Shown piece by piece: positions 19,145 to 27,583 of a DNA stretch of 64,000 bases (the first letter of the stretch is position 1; each line of letters begins with the position of its first letter). Source of the DNA: Candidatus Uhrbacteria bacterium. GTDB taxonomy: Bacteria; Patescibacteriota; Patescibacteriia; UBA9934; GWF2-40-263. The notes under the pieces are model-generated. The model was not told the origin of the DNA. It searched no databases and worked only from the letters and a program-made list of their open reading frames with translations. The position numbers and the translations under genes were made by a program. Location of the stretch: assembly GCA_903843045.1 (NCBI GenBank), contig CAIMOJ010000046.1:650-64649 (forward strand), given 5' to 3'.

Positions 19145-19965
19145 TCGTCTTCGCCGCATTCACCCCGCACACCCCGCTTCTCCTTCCGCCCATCGGCAAG
19201 GATGCCCTCCAAAAAATGTCGTCAACGGCCGATGCCATGGATCGGCTCGGCGACGAGCTTCGCGAGGCGCGGCCCGACACGATCGTGATTATCTCCGCCC
19301 ATGCCACCCAGCATGACGGCGCTTTTTCGGCGAACCTGCACGACTCGTATCTCGTCGACCTCCGCGACTTCGGCGACCTCACCACGAGCGCGGAGTTCGA
19401 GCCGAACCTCTCTCTCATCGACGCGATCCAGCGCGCGGTTCGTCGCGCACAAATCCCCTTCACCCTCGACTCGGACTCGACGCTCGACTACGGCACCGCC
19501 GTTCCGCTCGTCGCGCTCGGCGCCAACCACCTGCTGCCAACGCTGAGCGTTGGCAGCAGCGACGGTTGCACGATCGTTCCGATCTCCTTCAGCAACCTTT
19601 CCGCGAAGGACCATTTCGCATTCGGAAAGACACTCAAGGACGTATTTGCAAATCGCAAGGAACGCATCGCCGTCATCGCGTCCGGCGATCTGTCTCATGC
19701 CCTCACTTCTGACGCACCGGCCGGCTACCGACCTGAGGGCGAAATTTTTGATTCTGCCGTCCGACAGGCGGTCGTCCAGGCAAGCGCGTCCCAGCTGCTT
19801 ACGCTCGACGAAGAGACCGTCGAAACGGCGGAGGAATGCGCCTATCGCCCCCTGCTCGTCCTCTTCGGAATCCTCGACCAAATTCCGGCGAGTCCGGAGG
19901 TGCTCTCCTACGAGCACCCATTCGGCGTCGGCTATCTCGTGGCGCAGTTCCGTCTCGACAAATAA
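19141..19965 (+). CDS. MEMO1/AmmeMemoRadiSam-B-like (LigB-type extradiol dioxygenase fold) protein
   Basis: 274 aa; DTIVIISAHATQHDG and GDLSHALT segments typical of the class III dioxygenase/Memo fold; 4-nt overlap with the upstream gene; carries a family C palindrome. Confidence 0.5.
   Translation: MIVFAAFTPHTPLLLPPIGKDALQKMSSTADAMDRLGDELREARPDTIVIISAHATQHDGAFSANLHDSYLVDLRDFGDLTTSAEFEPNLSLIDAIQRAVRRAQIPFTLDSDSTLDYGTAVPLVALGANHLLPTLSVGSSDGCTIVPISFSNLSAKDHFAFGKTLKDVFANRKERIAVIASGDLSHALTSDAPAGYRPEGEIFDSAVRQAVVQASASQLLTLDEETVETAEECAYRPLLVLFGILDQIPASPEVLSYEHPFGVGYLVAQFRLDK
19531..19559. repeat. Palindromic element family C copy (29-nt perfect palindrome, in frame, encodes LLPTLSVGSS)
   Basis: ctgctgccaacgctgagcgttggcagcag. 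Confidence 0.6.
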
Positions 19966-19978
19966 TTCTCTCTGTCTG

Positions 19979-20051
19979 TCATTGCGAGGAGGTCTCAACC
20001 GACGAAGCAATCCCACGAGAGATTGCTTCGGCCTGATGGCCTCGCAATGAC
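19979..20051. repeat. Nested inverted repeat / structured element between the MEMO-like gene and priA
   Basis: Outer 12-bp IR gtcattgcgagg...cctcgcaatgac; inner 10-bp IR cgaagcaatc-N9-gattgcttcg. Confidence 0.4.
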
Positions 20052-20065
20052 GGACGATTCGAACT

Positions 20066-21943
20066 GTGATCGCGGAAATCTATCCAATCAAACGCATGCC
20101 GCGCCGGTTCGACGTTTTCGACTATCAGATCCCGGCCGGCATGAACCTCACTCGCGGATCCGGCGTCCGGATCCCGTTTCGGTTTGGAGAAATGCGCGGA
20201 ATCGTGGCGCATGTAACCGACGGCGCAGGACGCGGAAAGACGATAAAGCCGGTCTCCGCGATCCTGTCGGACCTTTCGATGACTGACGACGAGCTCTCGT
20301 GCTTCGAGGACGTCGCGTTCGACACGGCGCAGAGCGTTTCCGCCGTTCTCCACGCGACGATCCCGATCCCGGGAAAACGACTCGTTTCGCCCCCCTCTCC
20401 TTCAAAAGGAGAGGGCCGGGGTGAGGTCTACGTCTCGCCACTCACCATCTCTGCCCGCGAAGCCCCGCAAATCTCTCAGGTCGTCACGGAACTCTCCACC
20501 CGGTCCGAGGCGTTTGTCGCCATTCCTGACCTCAAGCGCGCCGCCGTCCTCATCGCGACCTACCGCCGTGACCACCCGACCGAACCCATCCTCGTCCTCG
20601 CGCCGAACGTTCGCGATGCGCGTCTCCTCGCGTCCCGACTCGCCGGAAACGAGACGGTCGTCGTGACCGGCGAGGAGTCCCCGGCCGAGCGCTTCCGCCG
20701 CTGGAAGCTCTGGCGCGGCCGGAAGACGGGTCTCCTCGTCGGTTCCCGCATGGCAGCCCTTTGGACGCACCCGACGCTCGGCGCGGTATTCCTCGTACGC
20801 TCGGGACACCCCAACCATAAGCAGAACGACCGCAATCCACGCTTCGACGCGCGATTCGTGGGACAGGTTCTCCATGAACGGCTTTCCGCCAAGCGCTTTC
20901 ACCTCGACGTCATGCCAAGCACCGAGGATCTCGTCGGCTTCGGCGCGGCGAACCTTCTCGGCTCGACCGCGCGACCGGAGACGATCATCGCCGACATGAC
21001 GATCGAGCGCGCCGGCTCTCCACACCCTTGCCTCGGCAACAGCCTCGTCATCGAAGTCGCCCAGACGCTCGCCGAGAACCGCCGCGTCATTTGCGCCTAC
21101 AACCTGAAGGGCGTGTCCCGACGACTGCAGTGCGCAGACTGCGGGCACCGGTTTCCGTGCGAGAATTGCGGAGGCGTCCTCGCCCCGTACGTGACCACGG
21201 TCCAATGCCACCGATGCGGACGAACCGAGCCGCTGCCGACCTCCTGCCCCGCATGCCACAAGAACAAACTGACGCCGAAAGGATTTGGAAATCGCGCGGT
21301 CGCTGCGGCCCTCCAGTCGGCGTTCCCCGAGGCAACCGTCGCCTGCCTCGACCGGGACACGGACGTGGATGGCGCGAAGGACGCGGACATCCTCGTCGTT
21401 ACGCGCCATTACGTCGAGAACGTCTTTGACCCGTTTCACCCGCCGGACGTCGGTCTCGTCGCCGAGCTTGAGGGAGACCGGTCCTTGTTCGAGCCGTCCT
21501 ACCGCGCCCTCGAGAAATCCCTGCTCAACGCCGAGGAGTGGCGCGGAATCGCCCACGCCTGCCGCGCGAGGTTCCTCATCCAGACCGAGATGCCCGATCT
21601 GTTCCGCAACGCCCTCTCGCAGCCGGAAAAGGCCCTTCTCGACGACCTTGCCATCCGCAAGTCCTACGCCCAGCCGCCGTATGTCCGCGCCATGACCGTC
21701 GACTTCAAGCCCGACGAGCCGGACGAACAAGCCCGAGGAATCGCAAAGGCCATCGAAGCTATCCGCGCCGTCTCCCCGTCGACGGACATCGCCAAGCTCC
21801 CCTCTCCTTTAAAAGGAGAGGGTCAGGGTGAGGTCTACGCCTCTCTACGTCTCACCGTCCCCCCGTCCGACGAGCGCGCCGTTCTCCAGGCCTTTTCCCC
21901 GCTCGACGACTCGTATATCATTGACACAAGGCCGTTGGAATGA
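20066..21943 (+). CDS. priA: Primosomal protein N' (PriA)-like, apparently lacking a canonical Walker A
   Basis: PriA-type Cys-rich zinc-binding region (CADCG..CENCG..CHRCG..CPACH), PriA-like 3'BD and C-terminal regions; two in-frame family A insertions. Confidence 0.55.
   Translation: MIAEIYPIKRMPRRFDVFDYQIPAGMNLTRGSGVRIPFRFGEMRGIVAHVTDGAGRGKTIKPVSAILSDLSMTDDELSCFEDVAFDTAQSVSAVLHATIPIPGKRLVSPPSPSKGEGRGEVYVSPLTISAREAPQISQVVTELSTRSEAFVAIPDLKRAAVLIATYRRDHPTEPILVLAPNVRDARLLASRLAGNETVVVTGEESPAERFRRWKLWRGRKTGLLVGSRMAALWTHPTLGAVFLVRSGHPNHKQNDRNPRFDARFVGQVLHERLSAKRFHLDVMPSTEDLVGFGAANLLGSTARPETIIADMTIERAGSPHPCLGNSLVIEVAQTLAENRRVICAYNLKGVSRRLQCADCGHRFPCENCGGVLAPYVTTVQCHRCGRTEPLPTSCPACHKNKLTPKGFGNRAVAAALQSAFPEATVACLDRDTDVDGAKDADILVVTRHYVENVFDPFHPPDVGLVAELEGDRSLFEPSYRALEKSLLNAEEWRGIAHACRARFLIQTEMPDLFRNALSQPEKALLDDLAIRKSYAQPPYVRAMTVDFKPDEPDEQARGIAKAIEAIRAVSPSTDIAKLPSPLKGEGQGEVYASLRLTVPPSDERAVLQAFSPLDDSYIIDTRPLE
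20392..20446. repeat. Palindromic element family A, copy 2 (in frame in priA: SPPSPSKGEGRGEVYVSPLT)
   Basis: cccctctccttcaaaaggagagggccggggtgaggtctacgtctcgccactcacc. Confidence 0.75.
21799..21856. repeat. Palindromic element family A, copy 3 (in frame near the priA C-terminus: LPSPLKGEGQGEVYASLRLT)
   Basis: cccctctcctttaaaaggagagggtcagggtgaggtctacgcctctctacgtctcacc. Confidence 0.75.
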
Positions 21944-21962
21944 TATTATTTCCGCCAATCCT

Positions 21963-22436
21963 ATGATCGTCCTCACGAATCCAAACCCCGAACTTCGCGT
22001 CCGATCCGTCGAGATTCCCTCGTCGGACATTGCTTCGGATCGTCTCAAGGCGATGATTGTCGACCTGAAGAGGACGATGAGGGAGGAAAACGGCTGCGGC
22101 ATCGCCGCGCCGCAGGTTGGGATCCACGAGCGCGTGATCATCGTCGACGACGGTTCGGGCCCGAAGGCATACATCAACCCGGAGATCGTCTCAAAGTCGT
22201 TCGCCACGTTCCTGTTCGAGGAGGGATGCCTGTCCGTACCGGGCGTCTGGGGCATGGTCAAGCGGCACAAGTCCGTAAAGGTCATGGCGATCGGAGAGGA
22301 CGGCAAGCCCGTAAAGATCTCCGGAAAGGGACTTCTGTCCGTCATCTTCCAGCATGAGATCGACCACCTCAACGGTGTCCTGTTCATCGACACGGTCCAG
22401 AAGATTACCCGCATGCCGAACAACTCAATCCTCTGA
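21963..22436 (+). CDS. def: Peptide deformylase
   Basis: Motifs GIAAPQVG, EGCLSVPG, QHEIDHLNG; the real start is MIVLTNP, internal to the 21828 ORF. Confidence 0.85.
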   Translation: MIVLTNPNPELRVRSVEIPSSDIASDRLKAMIVDLKRTMREENGCGIAAPQVGIHERVIIVDDGSGPKAYINPEIVSKSFATFLFEEGCLSVPGVWGMVKRHKSVKVMAIGEDGKPVKISGKGLLSVIFQHEIDHLNGVLFIDTVQKITRMPNNSIL

Positions 22437-22452
22437 TCCGCATTGTACTTGT

Positions 22453-23430
22453 ATGATTCGCATTGCGTTCTTTGGAACCCCCGAGTTCTCCGTCCCATTT
22501 TTAACGGCCCTTGTCGACGACCCCGCATTCGAGGTCGTCGCTGTCGTTTCACAGCCCGATCGTCCGTCCGGACGCAATCACGAGATCGTCCCGACCCCGG
22601 TCAAATCCGTCGCGCTGGACCACCAGATTCCGGTCCTGCAACCTTCGACCCTGCGCGATGAATCCGTCGCGACGACGCTTCGCTCCCTTGATGCGGACTA
22701 CTTTGTCGTGGTCGCCTATGGCAAGATCATCCCGCAGGCCGTCCTCGACGTCCCGCGGCTCGGCTGCGTCAACGTCCATCCTTCCCTCCTGCCGAAGTAC
22801 CGCGGCCCGTCCCCGATGAACTGGGCGATCGCGGAGGGCGACGCGACCACCGGCGTCACGATCATGCTGCTCGACGCGGGGATGGATACCGGACCGATCC
22901 TGTCCCAGACGAGCATCGGCCTTGATTCCGACGAGACGATGGAAACGCTCATGGCCAAGGCGCACGAGCAGGGCGTCCCGCTCCTCGTCGACGCGCTCAA
23001 GCGATTCGCGGCAGGCGAGATCGTCCCCGTCGCGCAAAACGACGAGCTCGCGACGATGACGAAGCTGCTCGACCGCGACGACGGCCGCGTCAACTGGACG
23101 CTTCCCATGGCAACGATCGAGCGACGCCTGCGCGCCTACCAGCCCTGGCCGGGACTCTGGACCGTCTGGACCCGCACGCTCCCCTCTCCTTTAAAAGGAG
23201 AGGGTCAGGGTGAGGTCTACGTCCGTTTGAAGATCCATTCCCTCCAACCGTCCGACTTCCGCGCCGACCTTCCGCCCGGAACCGTCTCAACGAAAAACAG
23301 TCGACTCTTCGTCGACTGTTCGGACGGGACGATCGAGATCCTTGAACTCCAGCCGGAAGGAAAACCCCGAATGTCCGCGGAAGCGTTCCTCCTGGGCTAT
23401 TCCGACGTGAACGGCGCCATGCTTGGCTGA
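22453..23430 (+). CDS. fmt: Methionyl-tRNA formyltransferase
   Basis: Formyltransferase N-domain (FFGTPEF...HPSLLPKYRG) and C-terminal domain; carries an in-frame family A insertion. Confidence 0.85.
   Translation: MIRIAFFGTPEFSVPFLTALVDDPAFEVVAVVSQPDRPSGRNHEIVPTPVKSVALDHQIPVLQPSTLRDESVATTLRSLDADYFVVVAYGKIIPQAVLDVPRLGCVNVHPSLLPKYRGPSPMNWAIAEGDATTGVTIMLLDAGMDTGPILSQTSIGLDSDETMETLMAKAHEQGVPLLVDALKRFAAGEIVPVAQNDELATMTKLLDRDDGRVNWTLPMATIERRLRAYQPWPGLWTVWTRTLPSPLKGEGQGEVYVRLKIHSLQPSDFRADLPPGTVSTKNSRLFVDCSDGTIEILELQPEGKPRMSAEAFLLGYSDVNGAMLG
23181..23221. repeat. Palindromic element family A, copy 4 (in frame in the fmt C-domain: LPSPLKGEGQGEVYV)
   Basis: cccctctcctttaaaaggagagggtcagggtgaggtctacg. 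Confidence 0.75.
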
Positions 23431-24947
23431 AGCGCGCCGGAAGCGACGACAACCGAATCTGAAACGGGAACCTTCTGCGTCGTCGCGGGAGGTTTTTGGT
23501 TGAGGAACGGAACGACGAACAGAAGCAGTCCGAGGCCAAGCGGGTGGTTGAGATATGGCGAGGTAACGTGCGTCGCGTACAGCATGGCAAGACACGAGAT
23601 CAGCGCGACGGCAACCCAGGACTGACTCGTTCGCAACGTCGGCCAGAGCCCGCGAACGAGGCCGACGAACAGGAACGCGAAGGCGAGCGGGCCAAGCAGG
23701 CCCATCTTCAACCACAGCTCCAGCCATCCCCATTCGAGCGAATACGTCGTCCAGGTCCCGTCCGGATGGATGGCACGGGCGCGCGGATCGTCGGTCTTGA
23801 ACGTGATCTCCTGGCCGAACCCGCTGCCGAGTGCGACGTGTTCCTTGATTTGGGCCATCAGCGGCGGAAGCAGGTTCCAACGGCTGGAGATGGCCACGTC
23901 GGAGATATCCGTCGTTCGGCTCGAGACAAGACCGGTGAGATCGCTGACCCGGCCGACGCGATATGGCAACGGAAACAGGACGATCCCCACGAGCAGGATG
24001 CCCGCCCCGATCGTTGCGACCGCGACCGAGCCGAACGCCTTCCCCGCGACCTTCGTTCCCGGCCACCCATCGGCGAACTTCAGGACGACGAACGCGAACG
24101 CGCCGACGATAATCCCAAGCCAGAAGCTGCGCGACAGGCTGATGATGACGACGGATCCGATCCCCACGAGCAACAGCGTCACGGTGCGATAGGCGCGCTT
24201 CGGAACGTCGCGGAGGAATAGGAACGGCATGAGGAAGAACGCGAACGCGATCACGGAAAACTGGGCCTGAAGGAAGACGCGGAAGATGTTCCCCGCCATC
24301 TTGGTCAGCTCGCCGGTACGGGTGTCACGGATGAACAGGTAGACGGCGCCGAGCATCCACTCCGGAAAGTGCGTGAAGACATAGAGGAGGCCAAGCGAAA
24401 GGATCGTCACCCAGGCGGCGGAGGCGGCGAGGACCTGGAGGAGAAGCCGCTTCTTGGTCACGTCCCAGTCGACGCAGAGGACTGGAAACAAGTAGCCAAG
24501 GTAAAGATACGCGTTTCCGTCCTTGAACGCCGTCGTCGGGTCGTGCAGCAGGAACCCGATGACGAATCCGATCGCGACGGCGACGAAGAGCGGAACGAAC
24601 GGGGTCAGTCGCGAATCTCGCAGCGACAGCCGAACGCGTCGCGTAACGATCGCCAGAACCCACGCGGCCATGACGGCAACGAAGACGGCCATGCGGGACG
24701 AAAAGGAGAACCCGTGAATGTCGTACGCGATCAGATGGCCGTGCGAGTTGGCGAACAGCTCGGCGAAGGCGACGAGGAGTCCGAGGTCGAGGCGCTTCCA
24801 GGTGATCGCGAAGATGGCGACCATCGAGACGGCAAGCGCGACGGCGGAGGCGATCGGGAACGGAAAGACGGCGATCGAGACCGCAAAGACTCCGGCGAGG
24901 ACGCCAAGCGTGATCCAGAAGGGCTTTCCAAAGAATTGGTCGAACAT
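23397..24947 (-). CDS. O-antigen ligase / Wzy_C-family polytopic membrane protein
   Basis: 516 aa, ~12 TM helices, periplasmic loop with ISLSRSFWLG-type signature. Confidence 0.5.
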   Translation of the reverse strand: MFDQFFGKPFWITLGVLAGVFAVSIAVFPFPIASAVALAVSMVAIFAITWKRLDLGLLVAFAELFANSHGHLIAYDIHGFSFSSRMAVFVAVMAAWVLAIVTRRVRLSLRDSRLTPFVPLFVAVAIGFVIGFLLHDPTTAFKDGNAYLYLGYLFPVLCVDWDVTKKRLLLQVLAASAAWVTILSLGLLYVFTHFPEWMLGAVYLFIRDTRTGELTKMAGNIFRVFLQAQFSVIAFAFFLMPFLFLRDVPKRAYRTVTLLLVGIGSVVIISLSRSFWLGIIVGAFAFVVLKFADGWPGTKVAGKAFGSVAVATIGAGILLVGIVLFPLPYRVGRVSDLTGLVSSRTTDISDVAISSRWNLLPPLMAQIKEHVALGSGFGQEITFKTDDPRARAIHPDGTWTTYSLEWGWLELWLKMGLLGPLAFAFLFVGLVRGLWPTLRTSQSWVAVALISCLAMLYATHVTSPYLNHPLGLGLLLFVVPFLNQKPPATTQKVPVSDSVVVASGALQPSMAPFTSE

Positions 24948-24957
24948 ACACGAGGGG

Positions 24958-25803
24958 TCAGGAGGGTTTGATGAGGGATGCCAGGGCAGCCAGGACGAAA
25001 AAGATCGGATCGAGGGCGACGAACATCAGCCAGACGGGCGTGCCGTAATGCTTTTTCATGTACCGGCGCAGGCTGCGGCGGACCATCCCCTGCTTTTTCC
25101 ATGTCCCGACCCGGCTGAACGATCCGCCCTTGCGATGGAGCATCGAAACGTCGCCGTAATAACGGACTTTCCAGCCCGCGTCGACCGTTCGCTTGCAGAA
25201 GTCGACCTCCTCGTACCAAAGGAAAAATCCGTCGTCGAGCAGGCCGATCCTGTCGATCACCTCGCGCCGGATACAGAAGAACGCGCCCATCACCTGGTCC
25301 ACGTCCTGCGTACGGCCGTAGTCGAAATCCTTCATGAGATACCGTCGAATCGGTCCGAGGTTCGGGAACACGTGCGGGAGCTTCGAGAGCAGAAGGAGCT
25401 GGTCGACCGGCGTTGGAAAATGCCAGACGCAATCCTGCTGGGTCCCGTCGAGGTTCTTGAGTGAGATTCCGCCGATCCCAACGTCCTCGTCGCGCCGCAT
25501 CCGCACCTCGATCGCGGTGATCGCGTCGGACGTAAATATCGTGTCGGGGTTCAGGAGGATGACGAACTCGCCGTTTGACTGTCGAATGGCAAGATTGCAT
25601 CCGCCCGCGAAGCCGAGATTCCGCTCGCTGACGATAAATCGCACGATTGGGTACCTTCGTTGCAGCGCCGAAGGATCCGTCCCGTCTCCATTGATGACGA
25701 CGAAGACCTCCAGGTCGTCCCGAGGAACGAATTTAAAAAGCGACGCGAGCATCGTCTCGACGTAATCGAGGGACTTGTAGGAGACGGTGACGATCGAGAT
25801 CAT
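24958..25803 (-). CDS. GT2-family glycosyltransferase
   Basis: Start MISIVTVSYKS...; DxD-type GT-A fold; 4-nt overlap with the upstream GT2. Confidence 0.7.
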   Translation of the reverse strand: MISIVTVSYKSLDYVETMLASLFKFVPRDDLEVFVVINGDGTDPSALQRRYPIVRFIVSERNLGFAGGCNLAIRQSNGEFVILLNPDTIFTSDAITAIEVRMRRDEDVGIGGISLKNLDGTQQDCVWHFPTPVDQLLLLSKLPHVFPNLGPIRRYLMKDFDYGRTQDVDQVMGAFFCIRREVIDRIGLLDDGFFLWYEEVDFCKRTVDAGWKVRYYGDVSMLHRKGGSFSRVGTWKKQGMVRRSLRRYMKKHYGTPVWLMFVALDPIFFVLAALASLIKPS

Positions 25804-26501
25804 AGGCGGTGCTTCGTCGCGATAATCGTTCTGGCCTCGTCGTAGCGTCGAACCGACGACGGCCTCCAGCCAAGCCGGTGCCATGGAATCCGATAGATGA
25901 ACGACGGACGCCACTGGGAGATGCCCGGGCGGTCGGATCGGTCGATGACCTGGAACAGCTCACGGCCGACGAACGTCCCCGCATGGCCCCGCTCGAGCAT
26001 CGTGAGCCAGACATCCCAATCCTGGAAGCGCCTGATCGACGGGTCGAACCCGGGGAAATGCTCGCGGCGGACGAGCGACGTCGTGTGGACGAAGTTCATG
26101 CGGCGGAGTCGGTCCTCGTCGAACGAAAAGGACGAGAATGACTTCCAGCCGAATCGAAACCCGCTGTACGCGTAGCTCGCCTCCGGATGGTCGACAAGCG
26201 CCCGTTCCATCGTCGCGAGCATGTCCGGCGCCATGACCACGTCCGCGTCGCAGAAGATCACGAGGTCGCCGGTCGCCCGCGCGAACCCATTGTTCCGCGC
26301 GACGTTCCCGCCCTGGTTCGACTGCGTGACGATCGTGACGCGATCGGCAAACGCGGCGAGGACGCGTTCGGTCTCGTCCGTGCTGCCGTCGTTCACGACG
26401 ATGATCTCGTCGGGCTTCCGCGTCTGAACAAAAAGAGAGTTCAGGCACTCCGAGAGCGTCTTCGCGTGCTGGTAGGACGGGATGATGACGGAGATCGTCA
26501 C
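25800..26501 (-). CDS. GT2-family glycosyltransferase
   Basis: VIIPSYQHAKTLSECLNSL...VVNDGSTD...CDADV. Confidence 0.7.
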   Translation of the reverse strand: MTISVIIPSYQHAKTLSECLNSLFVQTRKPDEIIVVNDGSTDETERVLAAFADRVTIVTQSNQGGNVARNNGFARATGDLVIFCDADVVMAPDMLATMERALVDHPEASYAYSGFRFGWKSFSSFSFDEDRLRRMNFVHTTSLVRREHFPGFDPSIRRFQDWDVWLTMLERGHAGTFVGRELFQVIDRSDRPGISQWRPSFIYRIPWHRLGWRPSSVRRYDEARTIIATKHRL

Positions 26502-27583
26502 AGATATTCCTTCAATTTCTCAAGCTGTCTTTCGTTCGTAAACTCGTCGGCAGCCCGCCGATAGGCCGCTTCGCCCAGCCGCTGCCGTTCCGCGTCGCTC
26601 ATGGCCAGAAGATACACCGCGTCCGCGAGCGCCGCAATGTCCCCGTCCTTGACGAGAATGCCGGTTATTCCGTCGAGAACAGCCTCGTCGACGCCCCGCA
26701 TGTCCGTCGCAACCGACGGGACGCCGTGCAACGCGGCCTCGAGATACACCATGCCGAATCCCTCGCGGTCGACGGAATCCGCCACGACCGGCTCGACGAA
26801 TATGTCGGCGGCGGCGTAATGGTCGGAGAGCTGATCGTCGGCCACGTCGCGAGCGATCGTCACGCGGTCGTCGAGACCGAGCTCGGAGATGCGTCGCGCG
26901 ATCGTCTCGAGATAAGGCCCGTCGCCGACGATGTCGTATCGAATGTCGATCGCCGGCCACTGGCGGCGAAGCAATGCCATCGCGTCGAGAACGCGGACGT
27001 GTCCCTTGCGCGAGACGAGCCTTGCCACGGTCAGCAGGTTTACCGGACCGATCGCTCCAAGCATCCCAGCCCCCGGTCCCCTGACTCGTTTCCTCTCCTC
27101 ATAGGGAGGAGGGGTCAGGGGTGGTTGACGCGCTTCGACCGTCGGATACACGACAATCGTCCTCCTTACCCCAAACTCTTCTCTCACTTCCCTCTCCAGC
27201 GCCTTCGAGTTCGCGACGACAACCTTCGCCCCGCGCAGAACCATCCCCGCGACGATTCGCTTCATCCATCGCGTCTTCGCAAGCCCGACATCCATCCCAT
27301 GGACGATCACGACGTACGGCGTGCCCGTCATCCATCGGAAAACCATCGCCGCCGTCCCGATCGGAAGGACATGGCTAACCACGATCTGACTACCAACGCT
27401 TGGCATCGGTAGCAAACGTCGATCGCGAACAAACCGTCGAAGCGCCTGCCACCACCTGGTGGACGGATCAACAACCGTCACTTCCATCGAATCAGAAAAA
27501 TATGCGGTGAGATTCCCGAGATATCTTGCGACTCCGCCCCGCGATGGCGCGTAATCAGTCGTGTATAGCCGTGTCTTCGGCAT
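26498..27583 (-). CDS. GT4-family glycosyltransferase (GT-B fold)
   Basis: C-terminal EX7E motif (EGFGMVYLEAALHGVPSV); inter-domain linker carries a palindromic insertion and the N-domain a family C copy. Confidence 0.7.
   Translation of the reverse strand: MPKTRLYTTDYAPSRGGVARYLGNLTAYFSDSMEVTVVDPSTRWWQALRRFVRDRRLLPMPSVGSQIVVSHVLPIGTAAMVFRWMTGTPYVVIVHGMDVGLAKTRWMKRIVAGMVLRGAKVVVANSKALEREVREEFGVRRTIVVYPTVEARQPPLTPPPYEERKRVRGPGAGMLGAIGPVNLLTVARLVSRKGHVRVLDAMALLRRQWPAIDIRYDIVGDGPYLETIARRISELGLDDRVTIARDVADDQLSDHYAAADIFVEPVVADSVDREGFGMVYLEAALHGVPSVATDMRGVDEAVLDGITGILVKDGDIAALADAVYLLAMSDAERQRLGEAAYRRAADEFTNERQLEKLKEYL
27077..27120. repeat. Imperfect G/C-rich palindrome related to family A, in frame in the GT4 linker (QPPLTPPPYEERKRVRGPG)
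   Basis: cccctgactcgtttcctctcctcatagggaggaggggtcagggg. Confidence 0.5.
27397..27426. repeat. Palindromic element family C copy (in frame in GT4, encodes LLPMPSVGSQ on the minus strand)
   Basis: ctgactaccaacgcttggcatcggtagcaa. Confidence 0.5.

Noticed and set aside
19836-20036. 66-aa ORF across the structured intergenic region
   Set aside because: It is entirely made of the nested inverted repeat and has no coding signal.
20402-21730. 442-aa minus ORF
   Set aside because: It is antisense to the priA-like gene and shows GC-frame artefact composition.
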